From NCBI GenBank assembly GCA_040767195.1, contig JAXGPA010000005.1:81426-145425 (forward strand): 64,000 nucleotides of DNA, written 5' to 3'. Position 1 is the first letter of the stretch. Every line of letters starts with the position of its first letter. A model generated the notes under the pieces. That model searched no databases, was not told the DNA's origin, and was given only the letters and a program-made list of their open reading frames with translations. This DNA is from Syntrophales bacterium. Its GTDB lineage: Bacteria > Desulfobacterota > Syntrophia > Syntrophales > UBA6807. This document shows, piece after piece, positions 47,101-55,400 of the stretch. The translations under genes and the position numbers were made by a program.

Positions 47101-47746
47101 GGAGAAGAAACTCGAGGAGTCGGTCCTGCGGTATCGCCGGCGGGTGGAAAACTTCGGCGAGATCAACCTGCTGGCGGAACAGGAGCACGGCGAACTGAAA
47201 GAACGGCATGACTTCCTGTCGGCCCAGCTGGAGGACCTGAACGCTTCCATGGAGACCCTGAAAAAGACCATCTCCAAGATGAACGCCCTGTCCAGGCAGA
47301 AATTCATGGAAACCTTTACCGATGTCTCCCGGGCGTTCGAGAACGTGTTCCCCCGCATCTTCCCGGGAGGCAAGGGGGAACTTCGCCTCACCGACCCGTC
47401 GAATCTTCTCGAGACGGGCGTGGACATGGATGTCCAGATAACGGGAAAGAAGAGGCAGAACCTGAGCCTCCTCTCCGGCGGGGAGAAGGCCCTGTGCGCC
47501 ATATCCCTCATCTTTTCAATCCTTGTTCACCGCTCCTCGCCCTTCCTGATCCTCGATGAGGTGGATGCCCCCCTGGACGACGCCAACGTGAACCTCTTCA
47601 AGAAGCTGGTCCGGGAGATCGCCGACACGTCCCAGGTCATCCTCGTCACCCACAACAAGAAAACCATGGAGACCTCGGACAACCTCATCGGGGTCACCAT
47701 GGAAAAAAGCGGCATTTCATCCACCGTGTCGGTGAGCCTCCAGTGA
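44186..47746 (+). CDS. smc: Chromosome segregation protein SMC
   Basis: GFKSF, GPNGCGKSN, coiled coils, hinge, LSGGEK, LDEVDAPLD. Confidence 0.96.
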   Translation: MIIKKLEITGFKSFREKTVFHFSPGVSAVVGPNGCGKSNVVDAIRWAMGEQRVRSLRGKRMEDVIFNGSESAPAAGMAEVSLLLEANGSTFSGTFGAFPEITVTRRIYRNEESEYLINQVPCRLMDIREFFMDSGVGVRTYSIVEQESISRLVEAKPEDIREFIEEAAGIVKYKSRREAATRKLEATAQNMARLKDILAEVRTRLDQVVKQVKRVEEYRRLREKVKAGDMTLACQAFSRILERKNLLLRRKEDVTDGLCALKSGLGAREAALEEGRRELLEMEEGLFRLQESVFRLTNEIRTREQRIEFSTGKIRDLEERKGKGEHSLADLENRRDETVEEVRQGRELLSQLEGTIAEKKAELLETQESIADLCSRDEAAAAEQEQVKTRHFEKMAEVGRLKNGLQNLARALEDLESRRARETREFEELERRLSEVWEQSCLWTADLEQGQGALDDLRKEMESAGENLGCQKRALEKQSEELAALKGELAEKKSRHDSLQELWQTYEWCGEGTRSVMAARRKGRLPAEGILGVLADHLEVSRDYEPALEAVLGERLQHILVKDHEEGVRAIDYLKATVSGRGNFVPLELGHSRKGRDSGQLPRGSVRLRAFVQAKEPFDRLLDVLLDDVLVVPDLFTAVSQWKRNGFTGTLVTPDGDMVDRDGILAGGTRGNGKDGHLKNKREMAELAEAVAALQALVEKKLKDREALQEAIGTSEKALSRTRAEMGRLELAVQGKKKDIERLDGERKWLEKRFNVLRFNRESLDSEKSSAEKKVLDYRERLAGLEAEARALEEELKTLREAWKEIRGDLALCEEELTEGKVLLSSLEERRRGTASHVDRQEKIVKETSRQIEAIKRDMVTWAKEVSGLTRSIEEDERALKETLGALEKREEERSALKAAHDEKEAALRSREGDIRELRKKIDETSGELNRLEVQIGQANYEADILERGLYEKHQVSLEPSMSGFQGLSEEEEKKLEESVLRYRRRVENFGEINLLAEQEHGELKERHDFLSAQLEDLNASMETLKKTISKMNALSRQKFMETFTDVSRAFENVFPRIFPGGKGELRLTDPSNLLETGVDMDVQITGKKRQNLSLLSGGEKALCAISLIFSILVHRSSPFLILDEVDAPLDDANVNLFKKLVREIADTSQVILVTHNKKTMETSDNLIGVTMEKSGISSTVSVSLQ

Positions 47747-47877
47747 TCGTCCCCTCCCTTTACATCGTTTCCGAAACATTGTAAAAAGGACGACAGCCGG
47801 GTCGGAAGCCCCGTAAAACGGCGGCTTTTGATTCTTTTCGCGGGTTTATCATGGAATGGATGCGGGAAGACAAGTCG

Positions 47878-48831
47878 ATGGATCAGGAAAAAACGGAGAA
47901 GGGAAAGAGCCGGAACGGGGGCTTTCTTGACCGGATAAAAGAGGGGCTCTCCAAAACGAGGAAGAGCTTTGTCAAAAATCTCGATGAAATGGTCTTCGGG
48001 GAAAAGATCATCACCGAGGAGGTTTTTGCGAACCTCGAGGAAGCTCTCATCATGGCTGACCTCGGCCCCTACTTTACCGATGACCTGATTGAAGAAATGA
48101 AGTACCGGGCCGGGCGCAGGGAACTGACCAACCCGGGAGCCCTTAAAAACGTGCTGAAAGAGCACATTCTGGAGATCCTGGAAAGAAGTGAGGCGCCCCT
48201 CGTCCTGTCGGAGGAACGTCCTTACACGATCATGGTCGTCGGGGTGAACGGAACGGGCAAGACGACGACCATCGGCAAGATGGCGCGGTATTTTCGGAAC
48301 GACGGCAAATCGGTGCTTCTCGCCGCCGCCGACACGTTCCGGGCGGCGGCCATCGAACAGCTGGAGATCTGGAGCCGGCGGGCCGGCGTCCCCCTGATCA
48401 AGCAGAAAATGGGGTCCGACCCCTCCGCCGTGGTCTACGACGCCCTGCATTCGGCCAGGGCCCGTAAAACCGATGTGCTCATCATCGACACGGCGGGAAG
48501 GCTTCACACCAAGACGACGCTCATGGACGAACTCAAAAAGGTGACCCGCATCATGGGCCGGGAAATGGAGGGGGCCCCCCACGAAACCCTCCTGGTCCTC
48601 GACGCCACGACGGGTCAGAACGCCCTGGCGCAGGCCCGCATGTTCGACGAGGGCGTCGGGATCACGGGCATCGTCCTGACCAAGCTCGACGGAACGTCAA
48701 AAGGCGGCATCGTCATCCGCATCGCCAAGGAGATGAAGCTGCCCATCCGGTACATCGGGGTCGGGGAAGGCCTCGACGACCTCCGCGAGTTCAGGAGCGA
48801 GGATTTTGTGGAGGCCCTCTTCGCGCCGTAA
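47878..48831 (+). CDS. ftsY: SRP receptor FtsY
   Basis: [30 protein letters not shown]. Confidence 0.96.
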   Translation: MDQEKTEKGKSRNGGFLDRIKEGLSKTRKSFVKNLDEMVFGEKIITEEVFANLEEALIMADLGPYFTDDLIEEMKYRAGRRELTNPGALKNVLKEHILEILERSEAPLVLSEERPYTIMVVGVNGTGKTTTIGKMARYFRNDGKSVLLAAADTFRAAAIEQLEIWSRRAGVPLIKQKMGSDPSAVVYDALHSARARKTDVLIIDTAGRLHTKTTLMDELKKVTRIMGREMEGAPHETLLVLDATTGQNALAQARMFDEGVGITGIVLTKLDGTSKGGIVIRIAKEMKLPIRYIGVGEGLDDLREFRSEDFVEALFAP

Positions 48832-48841
48832 AGACCGAACC

Positions 48842-49483
48842 ATGGAAAGAATCTTCGCCATCGGGGATATTCACGGGTGTCTTGATAAACTTCGGGCGAT
48901 GATGGAGACGATCCATCCCGACCGGGAAAAGGACGGGATCGTTTTCATCGGCGACTACATCGACCGGGGGCCTGATTCCCGTGGCGTCGTCGACTATGTT
49001 CTCGGGCTGAAAAACCGCTTCGAGCAGGTGGTCTGTCTCAAGGGGAACCACGAGGAGATGTTCCTCGATTTCCATCTTCACGGCAGAAACGGAGACCTGT
49101 TTCTTATGAATGGTGGCGACGCCACGCTCCTGTCCTATGGCATGGTGGACACGCCGTCGGGAAAGAGAGCCGACATTCCCGAAGAGCACCTTCGGTTCTT
49201 TCTCAACCTTCTCCCCTACTACGAGACGGAAAAATACATTTTCGTCCACGCGGGGCTGAGACCCCGGGTTCCCCTGGAGGACCAGTATCCGGAGGATCTT
49301 TTCTGGATACGCCACGCCTTCATCCGGTCTTATCAAGATTTTGGAAAGATCGTTGTATTCGGCCACACCCCCCTGCCGGAGCCGCTCATTGATTACAACA
49401 AAATCGGGATCGACACCGGGGCGGTCTACGGGGGCCGGCTGACCTGCGTCGAGCTGCCGGCCGTTAAAATCTACCAGGTGTAA
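48842..49483 (+). CDS. PPP-family Ser/Thr phosphatase-like metallophosphoesterase
   Basis: GDIHG, GDYIDRG, GNHE, VHAG, FGHTP, IDTG. Confidence 0.9.
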   Translation: MERIFAIGDIHGCLDKLRAMMETIHPDREKDGIVFIGDYIDRGPDSRGVVDYVLGLKNRFEQVVCLKGNHEEMFLDFHLHGRNGDLFLMNGGDATLLSYGMVDTPSGKRADIPEEHLRFFLNLLPYYETEKYIFVHAGLRPRVPLEDQYPEDLFWIRHAFIRSYQDFGKIVVFGHTPLPEPLIDYNKIGIDTGAVYGGRLTCVELPAVKIYQV

Positions 49484-49487
49484 GCCC

Positions 49488-50375
49488 TTGAAAATCCTAG
49501 AATGTGTTCCCAATTTCAGCGAGGGCCGGGACGAGACCGTCCTCAGCGGGATCACGGAAGCCCTGGAAGCCGCCGGGGGCGTCCGGATCATGGACAAAAG
49601 CCGGGATCCCGACCACAACCGGTCCGTGGTCACCTTTCTCGGGCCGCCGGAGGCGGTGGTCCGGGCGGCCGGCGCCGCCTGCGGGAAGGCCCTGGAACGC
49701 ATCGACATGAGAAAACACGGCGGGGGCCACCCGAGGATCGGTGCCGTGGACGTCGTCCCGTTCATACCCGTTCGGGGCATGACGATGGATGAAACGGTCT
49801 CGCTCGCCCGCGGCTTCGGGCACGCTATCGGGGAGAAATACCGGGTGCCCGTGTATTTCTACGGAAAGGCAGCCCTTCGCCCGGAAAGACAAAAACTCGC
49901 CTTTCTAAGAAAGGGGGGCTATGAGGGGCTCAGGAAGCGTATCGGCGATCCCCTTTGGACACCCGATGCGGGCCCAGCGGCATTCAATGAAAAATCGGGG
50001 GCCATGGCCGTGGGGGCGCGGGATTACCTCATCGCCTTCAATGTCAACCTTGCCACGGGAGATCTTGCAATCGCCCGGGAAATCGCCGCCCGCGTCCGCC
50101 AGTCCGGCGGCGGGCTCGACCATGTTCAGGCCATGGGGGTTTTTCTTGAATCGAGGAATGTCGCCCAGGTCTCCATGAACCTGACCAATTACCGGGTCAC
50201 CTCGATCCGGACGGCCTACGAAGCGGTGAAACGGGAAGCGGCGAAAAGAGGTGTCGGGGTTCTCGAGTCGGAACTCATCGGCTGTCTCCCCCGGGAGGCC
50301 CTGGCGGACGGGGAGGCGGAAGAGCTCAACATCTGCGGATTCTGCCGGGAACGGTTCATTGAAAGTCATTTTTGA
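49488..50375 (+). CDS. ftcD: Glutamate formimidoyltransferase
   Basis: ECVPNFSEGR, DHNRSV.T, HPRIGAVDVVPF, IAFNVNL, QVSMNL, SELIG. Confidence 0.93.
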   Translation: MKILECVPNFSEGRDETVLSGITEALEAAGGVRIMDKSRDPDHNRSVVTFLGPPEAVVRAAGAACGKALERIDMRKHGGGHPRIGAVDVVPFIPVRGMTMDETVSLARGFGHAIGEKYRVPVYFYGKAALRPERQKLAFLRKGGYEGLRKRIGDPLWTPDAGPAAFNEKSGAMAVGARDYLIAFNVNLATGDLAIAREIAARVRQSGGGLDHVQAMGVFLESRNVAQVSMNLTNYRVTSIRTAYEAVKREAAKRGVGVLESELIGCLPREALADGEAEELNICGFCRERFIESHF

Positions 50376-50435
50376 GCCCCCCTGCCCGAACCCTCGGGTC
50401 AAAAGGAAACGGTCCCGGCCCGCGAAACGTCCCCG

Positions 50436-50464
50436 TTGACACCCGGATATATCAGTGATACAAA
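50436..50464 (+). promoter_or_regulatory. Sigma70-type promoter of the tRNA
   Basis: TTGACA-17 bp-TACAAA about 25 bp upstream of the tRNA. Confidence 0.55.
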
Positions 50465-50488
50465 AACTTCCCTTACAGCATTGAGAAA

Positions 50489-50565
50489 GCCCCCGTAGCT
50501 CAGGTGGATAGAGCAACGGATTCCTAATCCGTGTGCCGTGTGTTCGAGTCACACCGGGGGCACCA
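50489..50565 (+). tRNA. tRNA-Arg (anticodon CCT)
   Basis: Acceptor GCCCCCG/CGGGGGC + ACCA; D-arm; anticodon arm ACGGA-TTCCTAA-TCCGT; T-loop GTTCGAG. Confidence 0.97.
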
Positions 50566-50576
50566 AGAAAATCAAG

Positions 50577-50607
50577 GGGTTACGGGTAATGGCCGTAACC
50601 CTTTTTT
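50577..50607 (+). terminator. Intrinsic terminator after tRNA-Arg
   Basis: GGGTTACGG-N7-CCGTAACCC-TTTTTT. Confidence 0.85.
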
Positions 50608-51269
50608 CTTGAAATCGAATTTTGTCCCCCTTATGTCCCCCCTTCCGATACTCACGGTAACCTTTTTCAGCTAACAAACAGCCCATAGATGGAACGATCG
50701 TTCTATTGCCTTATGGATGTCAACCCGGAGTGATAATCTTCGTGATGGCAGGGCCACAAACCATGTATTTCCGATTTATTACAGTAGTTTCGCAACCGCT
50801 TTATCTAATGATGTCCTACCGGAAAGAGGAGTCATATCGGATCATGGGCTCCACCGAGGCCCAGAAGAGCGCCCTGCGACAAGGATGGTACGACTTTGCC
50901 CTGGCGAGCCCTCCACAACGGCTGCCAGCAAAACAAACCGCCCAGGCAAGGTCCTACCCCCATCCCCCGGATCGTCATTCTTTTCTTCCCCGTGAGCACG
51001 GGGGGGTTTTTAAGACTTCTTACCCAGGAGCCGGACGACGGCCGCGCTTCTTAAAAAAACGCCGCCCAGACAAGGTATCACATATCACCCCACCCCCCTT
51101 GCTCTCTTTCTTTTTTTCACGACGGGCATCGGTGATTTCGACGTACATCCCGTTTTCTTTGACACATGCGGGCCCGTGTGCTATCGAATTTCCGGGGGCT
51201 CAAGTATCAAGGCCGGCGAGGCCGAGTTTCTTCTGACAAAAAAAGCAGATCCTTCATCATTAAGTTGCC

Positions 51270-51377
51270 ATGACGAAGCTATCGAACGTGAAACGGGCAA
51301 TCAAGGTCCTCGTTGGCGTGGCTGTGATGATTACCGTCGCGGCCCTTACGTTTCTTTTTCTTCAAAGATGCAGCTAA
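51270..51377 (+). CDS. Possible 35-aa single-TM peptide
   Basis: MTKLSNVKRAIKVLVGVAVMITVAALTFLFLQRCS; upstream TTGACA-17-TATCGA at 51159-51187; no clear RBS. Confidence 0.35.
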   Translation: MTKLSNVKRAIKVLVGVAVMITVAALTFLFLQRCS

Positions 51378-51472
51378 TTTCGTGAAATAAGCGAACCAAG
51401 GATGGTGTTTAACAAGTTTTGACCTAATGTGTCATAGTCCTTTATAAGAAATCCAACAGGGGGGAGTAACAG

Positions 51473-52384
51473 ATGGCTGTTCCGGATTTCCAATCATTCT
51501 TCAGGCCACTATTAGATGTTGCCGCTGACGGCAAAGAACATTCAATAAGAGAAGCGCGGGAGATCATAGCCAAAAAAATGAATCTCTCCGATGAAGACCT
51601 CCAGAAACTCCTGCCGAGTGGAACTCAAGCAGTATTCGATAATCGTGTTCAATGGGCTAAAGCTTACCTGTCGAAGGCGAAAGTACTTGAAAGCACCCGC
51701 AGGGCACACTTCAAAATTACTGATCGGGGCCGAGAACTCCATAAGAAGGGTCACAAGCGTATCGACGTTAAAATTTTGAACAAATATCCTGAGTTTGTTG
51801 AGTTTCATACAGGGGGAAAAGGTAAGTTCGAGCCAGGACCGATTGGCCGCAATGGCCAAGAAAATGAAACGCCGGAAGAAGTTCTCCAAAAAGCCTATGA
51901 GGGCATTCGAAATGATCTTGCAACAGAGCTTCTCGAAAAGATAATGCAAAACTCGCCCAAATTTTTTGAGCGCCTCGTCGTCGATTTTATGGTTGCCCTG
52001 GGTTACGGCGGGTCCTTGGCCGATGCAGGTAGATCGATTGGGCAATCGGGAGATGAGGGAATCGACGGGATCATCAAGGAAGACCGTCTGGGCCTTGACC
52101 TGATCTATCTTCAGGCAAAGAGATGGAATGGTGCGGTAGGACGGCCTGAAGTCCAGAAGTTCGTCGGAGCCTTACAGGGGAAAAGGGCTAGGAAAGGCGT
52201 ATACATCACGACAGGAAAATTCACCGATGATGCCGTGAGATATGCTGACTCTATCGATCCGAAGGTTATATTGATCGACGGTATCACATTGGCGAACATG
52301 ATGATCGATCATGGATTAGGAACAACAACGACGGCAACATACGAAATCAAAAGGATCGATTCTGACTACTTTACGGAGGAATGA
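51473..52384 (+). CDS. mrr: Mrr-family type IV (modification-dependent) restriction endonuclease
   Basis: Mrr N-terminal wHTH (PDFQS...LLPSG.Q..F.NRV.WA..YL); catalytic D.GIDG, YLQAKRW, G.YITT, LIDG. Confidence 0.93.
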   Translation: MAVPDFQSFFRPLLDVAADGKEHSIREAREIIAKKMNLSDEDLQKLLPSGTQAVFDNRVQWAKAYLSKAKVLESTRRAHFKITDRGRELHKKGHKRIDVKILNKYPEFVEFHTGGKGKFEPGPIGRNGQENETPEEVLQKAYEGIRNDLATELLEKIMQNSPKFFERLVVDFMVALGYGGSLADAGRSIGQSGDEGIDGIIKEDRLGLDLIYLQAKRWNGAVGRPEVQKFVGALQGKRARKGVYITTGKFTDDAVRYADSIDPKVILIDGITLANMMIDHGLGTTTTATYEIKRIDSDYFTEE

Positions 52385-52486
52385 AAATAAAATCATAAGG
52401 TAAGGATTATCAGTCGACAATCAATCTCTTTAGTAAGGAAATCATAAGATTGAGTATTTTTGACTTGACGTTTAAAGGAGGGGCCA

Positions 52487-55400
52487 TTGAATGTCTTCGA
52501 ATTTCGGAACCGTCTCGTCACGGACTACGAACAATTTTCAAGAAGCTTTACCAAGTATCGGGTGGGGGACATTAAGAGGACTATCGACGATATATATTCG
52601 TCCCAACATTTTTTCCCGCCACCCCTCATTCAATTGAATCCCTACTTTGTTCCGGGCCGCACGATTGAGCAGCTTGTCGACCAGAAGGTGCTCGATCTGG
52701 AATGCGAGAAGATCTTCCGCATACAGAAAAAAGAAAGCCCGCCCGGCCGGACCCTTCAGCTCCATCTTCACCAAGACGAAGCCATTGACAAGGCTAGGAC
52801 CGGCGGGAGTTACGTGCTCACCACCGGCACCGGTTCAGGGAAATCTCTCGGCTATTTCATACCCATCATTGATGCTGTCCTTAAGGAGAAGAAAGCCGGC
52901 ATATCCACAAAAGGGAGTATCCGGGCCATTGTCATTTACCCGATGAACGCCCTTTGCAACAGCCAGATGGAAGAGCTCCGAAAGTTCCTCGAAGAGGGAT
53001 ACGGCCACGGGAAGGCACCAGTGACCTTCGGGCGCTATACGGGGCAGGAGGACCAGGAGGAACGCCATCGGCTGGCAGCAAACCCTCCAGACATCATGCT
53101 TACAAACTTCATGATGCTGGAACTCATCATGACTCGCCAGGATGATCCGGACAAGGCGGTGGTCAATGCATCGAAGGGACTCAAATTTCTTGTCCTTGAT
53201 GAGCTTCACACATACCGGGGCCGCCAAGGCTCCGATGTGGCTCTTCTGATCCGACGGGTAAGACAGGCTCTCAATAAGGACCTTCTGTGCATCGGAACAT
53301 CGGCCACAATGGCTACGGAAGGGGATTATGAAGTCCGAAGGGAGAAAATCGCCGAGGTGGCCAGCCGGCTTTTCGGATCTGAAGTGAAAACTGAGAATGT
53401 CATCACCGAGACCCTGCAACGCATCACGGTCCCGGAAACCCCGGTCGATAAAAAATCGCTTCAAGAAGCTGTATCAGCAGGCGTACCCGAGAGTATCACC
53501 TTTGATGAACTTCGAAAACACCCTGTGGCCGCCTGGGTGGAAATGAATCTGGGTCTTGCCAAGGAAGGGCAGCGGCTTATCCGGGCCTGTCCCCGAAACA
53601 TCGAAGAAGCCTCTCATCTTCTCAGCCATGAAAGTGGAAGTCCCGTTGACTCCTGCCGGGAGTATCTACAGCGTTTTCTCTTGCTGGCCTACGGCACGAA
53701 GGATGTGAGCGGCCGGAGTTTTTTCGCTTTCCGGCTCCATCAGTTCATATCGGGTCCCGGGGATCTTTTCACGACCCTGGAGCCGGCCAGGGAAAGGTTC
53801 ATTACCGTCGAGGGCCAGCAGTACAAGCCCGGTGATCGAAGCAAGCTTCTTTTCAATGCCGTTTTTTGCCGGGAATGTGGACAGGAATATTACCCCGTCT
53901 GGGCTGAAATGGAAGGGAAAAAACCCCGGATTTTAAGTTCCCGGAGCATCGACGAGCGAAGCCACGAAGACGAGGAAACCCAGTACGGTTTTTTCATGCC
54001 CGATCCGGAACATCAATGGAACCCTTCGGATCTCGAGGAGGCCTTTCCCGAGGACTGGATGGACTATTCAGGAAAGGACATCCGGATAAAATCAAGTTAT
54101 CGTCGATATATGCCCAAGATGATCACCGTCAGGGAAGACGGCGTCTGTGGCGAAGGCCCTCTTCCCGGATGGTATATTCCAGGACGATTCAGGTTCTGTC
54201 TCAACCCCGATTGTAAGGCCGTCTATAATCCTTTCAGTAAGAGCGACGCGACCATGCTGGCGGGTCTCAGCATGGAGGGCCGCAGTTCGGCCACGACGGT
54301 CTTGACCATCTCCGCCCTTCGGTACCTCCTGTCGGAGGCCCACACCTTGAGTCCCCAGGCGAAGAAAATTCTGGGGTTCACAGACAACCGCCAGGACGCC
54401 GCCCTTCAGGCTGGCCATTTCAACGATTTCGTCCAGATCGTTCTTTTGAGGGCCGCCCTTCTTCATGCGGCCATGAATGCGAAACGGGGCTACCTGACCG
54501 ATGATGTCATTACCCATGAAGTCTACCGAAGCCTGCAACTGGCACCCCATGATTTCATGGTCCAAGAAAACTCTGGGAAAAAAATCCCTTCTTTTGTCAT
54601 GCACCGGGCGGAGGAAACGCTTCGGGACATTATCGGTTACCGGCTGTATCACGACCTTCGCAGAGGCTGGCGTTTAAATCATCCTAATCTTGAACAGCTT
54701 GGTCTTATCACAATTGACTATGAAGATCTGGAGAACCATTGTTCAGATGATCAATTCTGGCAGGGGAAGCACCCCCTCCTGGCCAATGCAGCCCCCGAGA
54801 TCCGCCTTAAGGTGGCCCGGGAACTCCTCGATGAGCTGAGACGTCGACTTTGCATCCGAACAGCCTATCTCGATCGAATTAAACAGGAACAGATGAAGAC
54901 GGCGAGCTATACGGACCTTCGGGAACCATGGGGTCTGGAACAGGGAGAAGCTCTCATATCGAGCCATTACATGATACCTGAAACCAAACCGAAAGATGGC
55001 GGGGATGATCTTTTTTCTTACCTGTCTTACCGATCCCGTTTCGGAGCCTTTCTTCGTAAAGGATCCACATGGGGCCGGGATGGCAGCCCCGATTACCCTG
55101 CAAAGTTCACGGAGTCCGTGTATAAAACGATCATGGAAGGACTCCTGGAAGCGCTCGGGGGATACATCACGACCGATCGGGTGGAAGGGAAACAGGCTTT
55201 CCAACTCAATGCACTCTGCCTAAAGTGGAAATATGAAGAAAATCCCTCGATACCAGTATCGGGTATCCGGCGAACGGACAATATTTTCTTCAATTCTCTC
55301 TACCGAAATGCAGCGGCTCTTCTTGATCAGAAAAACCGCCTCATGCACCAGCTTGAAGCCCATGAACACACCGCCCAGGTGGATGCCGAGGTTCGCCGTG

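Noticed and set aside
50706..51236. 176-aa ORF after the tRNA as a possible integrase remnant
   Set aside because: No recombinase catalytic motifs, no RBS, atypical composition
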